A DNA stretch of 64,000 nucleotides from Thermoplasmatota archaeon. Lineage in GTDB: Archaea > Thermoplasmatota > Penumbrarchaeia > Penumbrarchaeales > EX4484-36. Shown one piece after another: positions 46,405-55,879 of the stretch. Each line of letters opens with the position of its first letter. Positions within the stretch are counted from its first letter, which is position 1. The notes under the pieces are model-generated. The model made no database searches. It was given only the letters and a program-made list of their open reading frames with translations, and was not told the origin of the DNA. Both the position numbers and the translations under genes were made by a program. Location of the stretch: contig JAOZQA010000003.1 of the NCBI GenBank assembly GCA_029932465.1, positions 6,477-70,476 on the forward strand. Direction: 5' to 3'.

Positions 46405-48617
46405 TCCTCCAGGGTCCTTTTAGCTCTCATAAGGCGTACCCAGTAGAAAACAGCTATGAGTAGAGCACCTATGATGAGTGCTGCAAATGAGAGTGTTAGG
46501 ATGTAGTTCATTTCGCCGTCCTCCTCGCTCTCTCCCTTCACTTCAATCTGCGACTCATATATCGTTGTTCCCCGGGGGGTGTAAAGAAACACCTCCACAT
46601 CCTCTCCCTCCTTAAGGGGTTCTGGAAATGTGAGGAGCACCTCCCCGCCCTCCCCCTTTAGGGTGAAGGACTCGTAGGGTCCACCACCTACTCCGCCTCT
46701 TCTCATTCCAGCAAAGAGCTTCAGGTCGGAGTGAAGGGGAGAGGTGGTGTTCACTTCAATGAGTATATATTTGCTACCGGGCTGGATGCCCTTTACTTTC
46801 ACCTGAATGACCTCCCGCAAGCTGAAAACGTGTGCCCTCACAGCGACCTCCTGGGAGAGGTCAGCAACGCTGATGTTGAAGATGTAGGTATGGTTCCCTA
46901 GGAGGGCAGAGGGCTCCCTCGAACCGTTGATGGAGAACGTGATCTTCACCGAATCGCTGCGAGACTCCACTGAATAATTGAGGGCCCCGGGGGCTCCGAC
47001 AACGGCCACGGAGGGGAGGAGGAATCTGTAGATAGGGGTAGTATTTACCCTGAAGGTGATATCCACCTTCACCGGGTCGTCCACGAAGAGGTCAATGTCT
47101 ACCACCTCAGGCTCAACCATAAGCTCCTCGATCTTAACTTTCTTCACCTCCACCGGGTAGGTGAAGAGGAAAGAATTCCCGGAGTGGTTGATGAACACAT
47201 AGAGGGTATAGTTCCCCTCCGGCGTCTCCGGGAGGAGCTCAATGAAAAGAGTGCATGAGAGCGGGAACTCAGGTGTGGCCGTGACCTCATCTAAAAGCCG
47301 TGTGAATATGGTTGAGTTATCACCCTTTATTATTATCCTGCCGGATATGTTCCCAGGGGTATAGATGGTGGCAGAGAGGGTGTAGCATGAGAGATATCCT
47401 GGGTAGAGTTCAAGGCGGTCAACGGGCTCTCCCTCCTCGTCTAAAATCTTAAGACTTACCATCCCCTCCGCGTAGTATATCTTGGCAATGTAGCCGGTGT
47501 AAGCGGTGACATATATCTCGTTCCCTTCAATTATGGAGTCAAAATCTCCTATCAGCACTCCGGCGAGCTCGAACTCCTTTATGTTGGGGGAGCTCCAGAC
47601 TACCCTTGTCTCTATATTCCCACTCACCTCGATCCCCAGGGCGAGGATGTTGGAGTACCCTGTCATGACGGTCACGTTCACCTCCCCGTCCACACTGAGG
47701 GGGCCAGTGGAGAGGCCCTCAAGTCCTCCTTCCCCTTCGGTATCATATATGACCTCTTCTCTGAGCACTCCTCCGGAGTAGCTCAGATGATATGCTTTTC
47801 CGGAGAGGCTCGTGACCACAAGCTCCGCTCCTTGGTCGTCGTCCAGCAGGTTGGCCTCCTTCACGTTGGTCAGGAGGAAGCGGTCCGTAAGAAGGCTCTT
47901 CTGAACGATACCCCCGCTGCTGTTCATCCATATTTCAATCAGGGTGGAATTCTGGGGATAGTCCAAGGTGGCGTAGAGTTCGCCCCCGGGGAGAGTGGGG
48001 TCGAAGTCGGTGTAGAGGAGGCTTTTCACGGGGGCAGAGGTGTTCAGGACGAGGTGCTCCCAGAGGCCCCCTTCCCTCCACAGGACGATTATGTGCGGGG
48101 TCTTCCAGTCCCCGAAATAGAGCTCCTCTCCGCTCACGTTCTTAAGAAGATCCCCCTTAGCCATGGCGAATAACTCGGCCTCCCAGGTGAATACCGTCTC
48201 GGTGCTCTCAAGAGCTAGTGAGCCGTCAAAGGTCAATATCCTCACGGCGCCCGAGTATCCATAAACCATCACCTGATTCTCCCTTGTGAAGTTCCCCCCG
48301 GGCTGCTCGATCCCCATTACAGGGTTCTCCCCCTCTTCATCGGGCTCTTCACTGAATACTATACTTGCCCCCTCCTTACCCTCCTCCTTCAGGAAGACTT
48401 TTCCGTTCCAGTCGGCGAAGACAAGCTCTCGCCTGGAGTCGGAATTCAGGTCGGTGATGGCAAGGGCCCCCGTAAGTGGCGTCTGGGACTGGTAGACGAT
48501 CTCAGATGCGAACTCCTCTGGGAAGGAACTGGCTCCGGATGCAGTCTTCAGGGATAGAAAGGCCGAGAAGAGAACAAGCAGCGTCAGGATGATACATTGG
48601 TGGAGGCGTTTGCTCAT
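46401..48617 (-). CDS. Secreted sequon-rich surface glycoprotein-like protein (beta-propeller/FG-GAP-like N-domain, Ig-like repeats, C-terminal TM anchor)
   Basis: Signal peptide MSKRLHQCIILTLLVLFSAFLSLKTASG from ATG 48617. More than 20 N-x-S/T sequons. C-terminal LTLSFAALIIGALLIAVFYWV then RLMRAKR. TATA AATTTATATA (48641-48650) lies 28 nt before the ATG. The 3' end overlaps the rpiB start. Confidence 0.6.
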   Translation of the reverse strand: MSKRLHQCIILTLLVLFSAFLSLKTASGASSFPEEFASEIVYQSQTPLTGALAITDLNSDSRRELVFADWNGKVFLKEEGKEGASIVFSEEPDEEGENPVMGIEQPGGNFTRENQVMVYGYSGAVRILTFDGSLALESTETVFTWEAELFAMAKGDLLKNVSGEELYFGDWKTPHIIVLWREGGLWEHLVLNTSAPVKSLLYTDFDPTLPGGELYATLDYPQNSTLIEIWMNSSGGIVQKSLLTDRFLLTNVKEANLLDDDQGAELVVTSLSGKAYHLSYSGGVLREEVIYDTEGEGGLEGLSTGPLSVDGEVNVTVMTGYSNILALGIEVSGNIETRVVWSSPNIKEFELAGVLIGDFDSIIEGNEIYVTAYTGYIAKIYYAEGMVSLKILDEEGEPVDRLELYPGYLSCYTLSATIYTPGNISGRIIIKGDNSTIFTRLLDEVTATPEFPLSCTLFIELLPETPEGNYTLYVFINHSGNSFLFTYPVEVKKVKIEELMVEPEVVDIDLFVDDPVKVDITFRVNTTPIYRFLLPSVAVVGAPGALNYSVESRSDSVKITFSINGSREPSALLGNHTYIFNISVADLSQEVAVRAHVFSLREVIQVKVKGIQPGSKYILIEVNTTSPLHSDLKLFAGMRRGGVGGGPYESFTLKGEGGEVLLTFPEPLKEGEDVEVFLYTPRGTTIYESQIEVKGESEEDGEMNYILTLSFAALIIGALLIAVFYWVRLMRAKRTLEE

Positions 48618-48640
48618 GTGGTATTCTCTATATGTGAGGG

Positions 48641-48650
48641 TATATAAATT
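48641..48650 (-). promoter_or_regulatory. TATA box for the leaderless surface-protein gene
   Basis: AATTTATATA (minus strand), centred ~28 nt upstream of ATG 48617. Confidence 0.35.
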
Positions 48651-48686
48651 GTGTTGAGGGGGCAGTGCAAGTTTAAACCAAAAATA

Positions 48687-48700
48687 CAATAAATAAAAAG
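48687..48700 (+). promoter_or_regulatory. TATA box (CAATAAATAAAAAG) for the leaderless pilin-like operon
   Basis: Centred ~28 nt upstream of ATG 48720. Divergent from the box above. Confidence 0.35.
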
Positions 48701-48719
48701 CTCTGTGTAAACCCCGCCC

Positions 48720-49154
48720 ATGGCGAAAAAAAAGATGGATTCTGTGCTCTCCCGCTACAGGGAGGTCTCCCCGAGAGCGGTGCTCCTCACGTCGCTGTCG
48801 GTCATAGTCATCGTGATGGCAGCCTTCAGGTATGCAGAGGAGAGAAGGGAAGAGGTGTTCCGTGAGGCTGCCGAGGGGGAGTACAGAAGGTTTCTTCAGG
48901 AAGCAGGGGTCTTCTCCGGGGGAGATGTGGGGGTTCTTGCGATAAACCTCACCAGGGCGAGGGAGTTCGCCCCCACGGGGAAGATGGGGATTGAGATTAG
49001 AATTGAGGTGTATGGGAGAGAAGAACTTCACCTGAAGAAAGGGCCCTTAAGTGGCCCTTATGAGTACCGCCGAGAGACTAGGCTTCTTCTCTACGACTCC
49101 GGGGTGTACCTCCCAGCCATCCTGGAGTTCAGGGTGAGGGGGGAGGCGCCTTGA
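48720..49154 (+). CDS. Small membrane-anchored protein with a putative class III (type IV pilin-like) signal peptide
   Basis: Charged N-terminus, then RA|VLLTSLSVIVIVMAAF. This matches the [KRDE][GA][ALIFQMVED][ILMVTAS]3 prepilin-peptidase pattern followed by an ~18-aa hydrophobic helix. 144 aa. Confidence 0.4.
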   Translation: MAKKKMDSVLSRYREVSPRAVLLTSLSVIVIVMAAFRYAEERREEVFREAAEGEYRRFLQEAGVFSGGDVGVLAINLTRAREFAPTGKMGIEIRIEVYGREELHLKKGPLSGPYEYRRETRLLLYDSGVYLPAILEFRVRGEAP

Positions 49155-49576
49155 AGATTACTATTCATCCCATGGAGGCCCTCGCAGTTGCCCTGGCCGC
49201 CACTGCCCTCATCATTACGGTCGCATCTCCACATCAGGGAAGTGAAGATGTGGGTCCGGATCCTGAACAGGTCCGGGAGGGCGTGTCAGCTCTTCTTTAC
49301 TCCACTTTGAGCTACCCGGGGGGAGCTACAGTGACTGTGGGGGAGGCGCTTCTCCTGGCACTCAAGGAGGGGACGGTACCAGAGGACCTTCGGGAGGAGG
49401 TCTCATCCCGACTGGACTTCCTCTTCTCTCCACTGAAGTATCAGGTCATATTCTTCTCTGGGGAGGACAGCCAACCCCTAACCTTCGGGGACTTTGAAGG
49501 GGGTCAGCAGCACCTCTTCCGCTACACCTTCTCAGGGGAAGAGCTCGGGGTTATTGTTTCATTGGAGGTGAGATAG
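49151..49576 (+). CDS. Small membrane-anchored pilin-like protein
   Basis: TTG start 6 nt after GGAGG and overlapping the upstream stop. N-terminus MKITIHPMEA|LAVALAATALIITVA (weaker class III match). Confidence 0.35.
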   Translation: MKITIHPMEALAVALAATALIITVASPHQGSEDVGPDPEQVREGVSALLYSTLSYPGGATVTVGEALLLALKEGTVPEDLREEVSSRLDFLFSPLKYQVIFFSGEDSQPLTFGDFEGGQQHLFRYTFSGEELGVIVSLEVR

Positions 49577-52230
49577 TGCTGAGGAGGTTCCGGAAGCAGC
49601 TCCCTTCCATAACCTTAGCGGTCATCTCCGTTATCGCTTTGGTCATCACAGCGCTGCCCGAGGGACGCAAGGAGGGTAAGCTCAGCCAGACCAATGAAGT
49701 CTCGGCGGTGGAAGGCAGAATCGAGGCGTATTTAATGGAGGAGACCGGGCGCCTCCTAGCCGACCCGGGATTCTCAGAGAACTCAACAGGTCTCACAGGA
49801 CTACTTGAAGAGCTTTCGGAAAGACTTACAGAGGGCGGAAGGAACAGAACTTTCACGACCAGAGATTTCCGTTTCCGCCTGGAGGATTTTTCCGCCGTAA
49901 TCCTGCCTATCTTTGGCAACTCCACCCCCTCTGGGGTGGGGAGATACACACTCCTTTGGGGTGAAGGGGGGGTCCCGGCGGCCCTGCCGCTCAGCGGTCC
50001 CCCCTCCCCCCGGGGGATAATATTCCACGTAACCTACACTGCCGCCTTTCAGGAGGGGAGGGGGACCGAGAGGCTCTCAGGGACGATACAATTCGACTAC
50101 TACACCCCCTACCTCACCGCCATATCAGAGTTCTTCTCCTTCGCGAGCGGTAGCAAGGTGACGCTTGAGGGATACCTGGCCAATATGCTGAACGCCCTGG
50201 TGAGGACAAGGGCTGCCCTAGGTGTGGGTACTAGGAGTGGAGACAGCATCTTCGAGCTCCTCTCCCCCCTGGACCTTGAACTCGCCCTGAACATAGCCCT
50301 TCTGCTCTATGAAGTGGAGACCTTCGGCAGCCCGGTGGAGGGTTCCGTTGGAGCCTTAGAGAGGAACTTTTTCAACGTTTCCAGAGGGTTCTCCTCGGAT
50401 GGAGAGGTCAACCCGACCGGTTTCAGAGTCTGGAGCCAGCAAGAGAAGGCGCAGTACAGAGAGTACCTCACAAGGAGGGTCACACTCCCGGATGCCACAA
50501 AGAGAAGGATGGGAGAGCTTTTAAGGAGCGCCGAGGAGAGGGGGCTCCTGTCCCCATCTGAACTTCTCCTGCTCTATCTGGTCTACGACAGGGCTCTTGA
50601 GGAGAAGGGCATCACAGTGGATCCCTTTGACGAAAAAAGCGTTCTCTCCGAGAAGGGATTGGCCAACCCAAGGGACCCCTACTCCACCTTTGACCCAGCG
50701 AACCCGGCATGGATGGCCTCTCTAGCCCCCCAGGACTTTTGGGGCAACCTGACCGGCCTGCACCCCGGCGCTCAAAGAGGTGTTCAGGGCGCTCAGGGCC
50801 CCTTCACAGTGAAGAGAGAGCAGACATACCTTGTCCTGGGAAAAGACTTTGAGGCTGAAGGCCTCTATACCCCCCGGGGCTGGTATACCAACGTCGACCT
50901 CTCAAGGAACGAATCAGAACTTATAAATTACAACAACACGCCGACCCGCGGGGGTGGTGATTGCGAGGAGGAGACCCGCTGTGGGGGAGTACCTCTGCCA
51001 CCCACACCCCCCGACCACGACTTCAGGATAAAATGGGAGATTCGGCTGAGGGGTGAGATCCGCTATACCTTTTCCCTCCCCGGGGGTCCTGCGGTGCTCA
51101 GGAAGGAGGTTGACCTCTCACCAGCCTTTACAGTCTTCTGCTGGTACCCCGAGCGCCCCACCTTCCCGGCTGAGGAGATCACTTTCAGGAACATAAACAC
51201 AGGCGGTGCTGTTCAGACTCAGAACTACTCCATGTGGCTCATAACTCCTGTGGCCAATGCTACGGAGTACTACCTGAAGTACATTTGGCAGGATCTGAGG
51301 GACTTTTTCGGTTGGGGTTACATGCTGGGATCGCTCCTTCGATCTTCCGCTGCCCGAGATATGACCTCATTGCCTGAGGCGGCCCTTGACATCTACGCAG
51401 TAGGGGTGGAGGCCACATCCGCGGGGAGACAGGAAAGGCTTTCAGGAACCTACGCCAGCGTGAAACACTTCATGGAGAGGTACATAGCTGGCAAGGGTAT
51501 TCACCTCTCCGATCTAGGCTATATTGAAGAGGACTCCTTCAACATGACCCTATCCTACCACACAGAGACAGACCTCTTCATCGTAACCGCAACCCTAAAT
51601 AGTGTACGGGTGAGGCTGGAGCTCTACCGAGCCCTGTCTTCTCCGGAGGGGGAGGTCTTCATGGAGATTGCCCCTTCTGGTGAGGCTAAGGACGAGACCG
51701 GCGTTGTGTACAGCGTGAGGCTTCCCCTGTACGGGACCACCCCAGAGACCCCCGGGTTTACACTTGAGGGGGGCTCTCTTTCTGTGAGAGGGGACTCGGA
51801 GGTCCTCACACTTACCGCGAAGGAGCAGCTCTCGGGCTGGTCTCTGTACAGTGAGATAGTTCAGGGCCCAGCAGCGTCGTTCTCATCCGGTGTTACGTCT
51901 CTAAACGGCAGTGTCCTCTGCTGGCAGAGGTCACTTGTGATGGCTGAAGAAGGCACTCCTCTATCTGGCGAGGTGGAGGGGGTTATTACCCACTTCCTTG
52001 AGGTGAATCCCCCTCACCCCTCCCTCCCCTGGTTTTTCTCTCTTCTCGCCCGGGAGGGGGGGAAGCTTTACCTGATCCTCCCCCTGTGGTACCTTATTGA
52101 CCCTGCTCTTCTGGGCGGAGTACTCACGGCCCCTGCGGGAGCTAACATCTCAGATGCCTATATCTCAGTAGAACTGAAATTCACAGGTGGTGGAGGGGGG
52201 GTAGCTTCCCGCTTCACACTGGGTATTTGA
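49576..52230 (+). CDS. Large (884 aa) N-terminally membrane-anchored extracytoplasmic protein of unknown function
   Basis: GTG start overlaps the upstream stop. N-terminal LPSITLAVISVIALVITAL anchor. No recognisable catalytic motifs. Several sequons. Gly-rich C-terminal TGGGGGV. Confidence 0.5.
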   Translation: MLRRFRKQLPSITLAVISVIALVITALPEGRKEGKLSQTNEVSAVEGRIEAYLMEETGRLLADPGFSENSTGLTGLLEELSERLTEGGRNRTFTTRDFRFRLEDFSAVILPIFGNSTPSGVGRYTLLWGEGGVPAALPLSGPPSPRGIIFHVTYTAAFQEGRGTERLSGTIQFDYYTPYLTAISEFFSFASGSKVTLEGYLANMLNALVRTRAALGVGTRSGDSIFELLSPLDLELALNIALLLYEVETFGSPVEGSVGALERNFFNVSRGFSSDGEVNPTGFRVWSQQEKAQYREYLTRRVTLPDATKRRMGELLRSAEERGLLSPSELLLLYLVYDRALEEKGITVDPFDEKSVLSEKGLANPRDPYSTFDPANPAWMASLAPQDFWGNLTGLHPGAQRGVQGAQGPFTVKREQTYLVLGKDFEAEGLYTPRGWYTNVDLSRNESELINYNNTPTRGGGDCEEETRCGGVPLPPTPPDHDFRIKWEIRLRGEIRYTFSLPGGPAVLRKEVDLSPAFTVFCWYPERPTFPAEEITFRNINTGGAVQTQNYSMWLITPVANATEYYLKYIWQDLRDFFGWGYMLGSLLRSSAARDMTSLPEAALDIYAVGVEATSAGRQERLSGTYASVKHFMERYIAGKGIHLSDLGYIEEDSFNMTLSYHTETDLFIVTATLNSVRVRLELYRALSSPEGEVFMEIAPSGEAKDETGVVYSVRLPLYGTTPETPGFTLEGGSLSVRGDSEVLTLTAKEQLSGWSLYSEIVQGPAASFSSGVTSLNGSVLCWQRSLVMAEEGTPLSGEVEGVITHFLEVNPPHPSLPWFFSLLAREGGKLYLILPLWYLIDPALLGGVLTAPAGANISDAYISVELKFTGGGGGVASRFTLGI

Positions 52231-53619
52231 TCAGATGCGCACTCCCAGGGATTTCTCAACGAGTCCTAAGACCTCATCGCACCTTCTCGCAGAGTCTCCG
52301 ATATAGTGCAGGGGGTCTAGTATCTCAGCCAGCTCCTCTCTGCCGAAGAGCTTACCCACCACCCCATCCTTCAGAGCCGCATCCAGCATGTGTTGATCTC
52401 TCTCCTGGGCTCTCATGGCTATGCGGCGCACTACCTCGTGTGCCTCCTGCCTCCCGTATCCCTTCTTTACAAGCTCTATCATGAGTGCCTCAGCCATGAC
52501 CGCTCCTTTGGTCAAGTAGAGGTTCTTCAGCATTTTTTCTCGGTCCACGCCGAGGCTTCCGATGGCACCTTTCAGTTTCACAAGGATATCGTCCGTCAAG
52601 ATGAGAGTGTGGGGGATAGTGAACCTCTCCGCTGATGAGTTAGCCAGATCCCTCTCGTTCCACTGGATGGAACTTTCAAAGGTGGGGGTGAGGTTCGCCC
52701 TTACCATTCTGGCGAGGCCTGTTATGTTCTCAAGGGTTATTGGGTTCCTTTTGTGGGCCATAGTGGATGAGCCCACTTGCGATTTCACGTCAAAGACCTC
52801 GTAGAGTTCGCCGATCTCGGTTCTCTGAAGTGTCCTTATCTCCGTGGCCACCTTCTCCACTGTGGTGGATATGTTGGCCATTAAGGAGATGAGCTCGTTG
52901 AAGCGGTCCCTCTGTACTATTTGGGTGGAACCCTCTTCCCTCCCCAGCCCTAGCTTTTCAAGGAGCCTCCTCTCGAACTCCACGGTATCCTCCACCCCAA
53001 GGGCCTTGAGGGCCGCACCGGTTCCGGTGGCTCCCGACATCTTACCTACAAGGACCCTGGCTTTAGCCTCCTCAAGCCTCTTTAGGTGCCTCAAGAACTC
53101 GGCGGTCCAGACCGAGAGTTTAAGACCTAATGTTATGGGGACTGCGTGCTGGCCATGAGTCCTCCCTATCATGGGGGTCTCTCTGTGCTCCTTCGCCTTT
53201 CGGGCGAGCTCCACTATGAGCCCTTTGAGGTCCTCTTCTATCACGTCAAGGGCGTCCTTCAGCTGTAAGGCTATGGCGGTGTCAATGATGTCATATGAGG
53301 TGACCCCCAGATGGATATACCTACCCGCGTCGCCTCGGCAGACCTCCGTGAGAGCCTTCACAACGGCCATTAAGTCGTGTCTGATCTCCCCTTCTATCTC
53401 CTCGACCCTTTTGAGTGAAACATGTTCTAAAGTGGCCTTCTCCCTCACCTCTTGCGCCGCCTCCGGGGGAACGAGACCCTCTTCTGCAAGCTCCTCCAGC
53501 AGGGCAGCCTCCACCTTGAGGATGTTCCTCACCCTCGCCGGGTGGGAGAGTATTCTCTTCATCTTATCTCTGCCGTAGCGAAAATCCAATGGACAGACAG
53601 GTTCGAAGAGGTCTTTCAT
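52231..53619 (-). CDS. purB: Adenylosuccinate lyase
   Basis: Fumarate-lyase signature GSSTMAHKRNP; 462 aa; PurB-type N-terminus. Confidence 0.85.
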   Translation of the reverse strand: MKDLFEPVCPLDFRYGRDKMKRILSHPARVRNILKVEAALLEELAEEGLVPPEAAQEVREKATLEHVSLKRVEEIEGEIRHDLMAVVKALTEVCRGDAGRYIHLGVTSYDIIDTAIALQLKDALDVIEEDLKGLIVELARKAKEHRETPMIGRTHGQHAVPITLGLKLSVWTAEFLRHLKRLEEAKARVLVGKMSGATGTGAALKALGVEDTVEFERRLLEKLGLGREEGSTQIVQRDRFNELISLMANISTTVEKVATEIRTLQRTEIGELYEVFDVKSQVGSSTMAHKRNPITLENITGLARMVRANLTPTFESSIQWNERDLANSSAERFTIPHTLILTDDILVKLKGAIGSLGVDREKMLKNLYLTKGAVMAEALMIELVKKGYGRQEAHEVVRRIAMRAQERDQHMLDAALKDGVVGKLFGREELAEILDPLHYIGDSARRCDEVLGLVEKSLGVRI

Positions 53620-53681
53620 GGTTGTTCATAATGGAAGGCGGGATTAATAACGTTATGCCTTGCCCTTCATACTATTGCGCC

Positions 53682-54107
53682 TCAGAGGTTGACCCTCTTT
53701 CCACAGGAAGGACAGGTGACGCGATCACCTGTGGATGGGTAAATGGGGATAAGGGTCTGACAATGGGGACAGGTGACGAAGTCCTTGGGATGCTCGTATA
53801 TCTCCTCCATAGCCTCCTCCTTCCATTCCTCCTCGGCCTCACCCACCTCTTCAAACTCCTCTTCCTCCTCCCCCGGCAGCTTCATCTGTTCTTCAGGGAG
53901 TTCGTAAATTTTTGTCTCATCCTGGTGATAGACAACCTCCGCTTCCTCCACCGAGACTGTCTTCCCCTCACCAAAATCAAGGACCTCCTCGGAAGGTATG
54001 AAAACAGGGCTCTTTATGCCCTCAAGCTCCGCCTCCACCTCCGCCACAGGGAATCTTTTAAAGAGAAGCTCATCCATATAGGGGCTCTTTTTCTTCTCAA
54101 GTGGCAT
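53682..54107 (-). CDS. Acidic small protein with a C-terminal C4 zinc ribbon
   Basis: Glu-rich central region; C-terminal CPHCQ...CPSCG. Start moved to the internal ATG 54107 (GGTGA upstream, TATA-like AATATTATAT ~40 nt upstream). Confidence 0.4.
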   Translation of the reverse strand: MPLEKKKSPYMDELLFKRFPVAEVEAELEGIKSPVFIPSEEVLDFGEGKTVSVEEAEVVYHQDETKIYELPEEQMKLPGEEEEEFEEVGEAEEEWKEEAMEEIYEHPKDFVTCPHCQTLIPIYPSTGDRVTCPSCGKRVNL

Positions 54108-54248
54108 ATTGTTCACCAGGAACAAAAAATGGTACATGGCATATAATATTTTCCAGAAGGAAAGAGGTGTCGTACAGCGGCTTTAGGTGAATCTGAGAAA
54201 AAATATATGGGATAAAAGGATAAGGATGCAGCAAAAGGGGTGGTTGGA

Positions 54249-55157
54249 ATGACCAAAAGGATAGAACTTGAAAAGCTCCGTTATGGAAGCGAGCTCATAA
54301 AGAGAGGCTTCGCCAAGATGCAAAAAGGCGGTGTGATAATGGACGTGGTCAGCGCCGAGCAGGCAATCATCGCTGAGGAGGCAGGCGCTGTTGCTGTCAT
54401 GGCGCTAGAGAAGGTCCCTGCAGACATACGGTCCTCTGGTGGTGTTGCGAGAATGGCAGACCCCAAGAGGATAGAAGAGATCATGAACGCTGTCACAATA
54501 CCTGTTATGGCAAAGGTCAGGATAGGGCATTTTGCAGAGGCCCAGATACTTGAGGCCCTGGGGGTGGACATGATAGATGAGAGTGAGGTCCTAACTCCCG
54601 CAGACCCATTTCACCACATAAACAAGAAGCTCTTCCGTGTGCCCTTCGTCTGTGGGGCAAGGAATTTGGGTGAGGCGCTGAGAAGGATTGACGAAGGGGC
54701 CGCCATGATAAGGACCAAGGGTGAGGCGGGAACTGGGAACGTTGTTGAGGCTGTCAGGCACATGAGGCTCATAAACAACGCCATTGCAGAGCTCAAAGGA
54801 CTGGACGATGAAGAGATGAGAAAGAAGGCCCTTGAGATGAAGGCGCCCTTTGAACTTGTGAAGGAGACAGCTGAGCTGGGACGCCTTCCTGTTGTCAACT
54901 TCGCAGCGGGCGGCATAGCCACCCCAGCTGATGCCGCGATGATGATGCAGCTTGGTGCAGACGGTGTGTTCGTGGGCTCGGGCATATTCAAGTCTGAGAA
55001 CCCAAAGAAGAGGGCTAAGGCCATTGTTGAGGCCGTAGCCCACTACGATGACCCGGAGGTTCTCCTTGAAGTCTCGAAGGATTTGGGGGAGGCTATGAAG
55101 GGCATTGAGATAGAGGCTATACCCAGCGAACAGAGGCTACAGGAGAGGGGCTGGTGA
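54249..55157 (+). CDS. pdxS: Pyridoxal 5'-phosphate synthase lyase subunit PdxS
   Basis: GGVIMDV, catalytic Lys region, (beta/alpha)8 PdxS signature throughout. ATG 54249 preceded by AAAAGGGGTGG. Confidence 0.9.
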   Translation: MTKRIELEKLRYGSELIKRGFAKMQKGGVIMDVVSAEQAIIAEEAGAVAVMALEKVPADIRSSGGVARMADPKRIEEIMNAVTIPVMAKVRIGHFAEAQILEALGVDMIDESEVLTPADPFHHINKKLFRVPFVCGARNLGEALRRIDEGAAMIRTKGEAGTGNVVEAVRHMRLINNAIAELKGLDDEEMRKKALEMKAPFELVKETAELGRLPVVNFAAGGIATPADAAMMMQLGADGVFVGSGIFKSENPKKRAKAIVEAVAHYDDPEVLLEVSKDLGEAMKGIEIEAIPSEQRLQERGW

Positions 55158-55213
55158 ACATTTAAGCGGAAATCTTTATATAAGAACCCCTTCTGTCCAG
55201 CCCCGGTGAAGAT

Positions 55214-55879
55214 ATGATAAATATTTCAGATGAAGATCGCAGGGCGATAGAAGAGGACCTCAAGAAACACATGAAAGGAGGCATTCACATTCTCTACTAC
55301 GGGGGTGGAGGGGAGTGCCCTTACTGTGAGGATACCCTTGAGATCGTAAAGCTCCTAGCCTCTCTCACCGACAAGATCCATGTGGATATAATTGAGGACG
55401 AAGAGCACCCTCTTTATAAGAAGTACACCCCAAAGTACGCCCCGGCCATAATACTTCTCGAGGAGGACATGACCGACACGGGAATACGCTTCTACGGTAT
55501 TCCGGCGGGGTACGAGTTTGAGAGCCTCATGGACGCCGTAATCAACGTCTCAAAAGGGGTAGATGATGTTCCCGAGGAGCTTGAAGAAAGAATAAAGAGG
55601 CTTAAAAAGAAATACATCCTCTCCGTTTTCATCACACCCACGTGCCCCTACTGCCCAATATCAGTGAAGATAGCTCACAGGCTTGCCTATATCAACAGAA
55701 ACATAACTGGAGAGATGATAGAGGCAATAGAATTCCCGGAGTTGGCCCAGAAGTTTGAGGTCATGGGGGTACCGAAAACCGTTATTTTCCATGACGGTGA
55801 CCATCAGTCCTTTGTGGGTGCCTACCCTATAGAGGAGGTTGTGAACTTCCTTGAGGCCATAGAGAGGGGGCCCGATTAG
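55214..55879 (+). CDS. Protein disulfide oxidoreductase (two thioredoxin-fold units, each with CPYC)
   Basis: Two CPYC active sites ~110 aa apart in a ~220-aa protein. This is the architecture of archaeal PDO / glutaredoxin-like proteins. Confidence 0.8.
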   Translation: MINISDEDRRAIEEDLKKHMKGGIHILYYGGGGECPYCEDTLEIVKLLASLTDKIHVDIIEDEEHPLYKKYTPKYAPAIILLEEDMTDTGIRFYGIPAGYEFESLMDAVINVSKGVDDVPEELEERIKRLKKKYILSVFITPTCPYCPISVKIAHRLAYINRNITGEMIEAIEFPELAQKFEVMGVPKTVIFHDGDHQSFVGAYPIEEVVNFLEAIERGPD

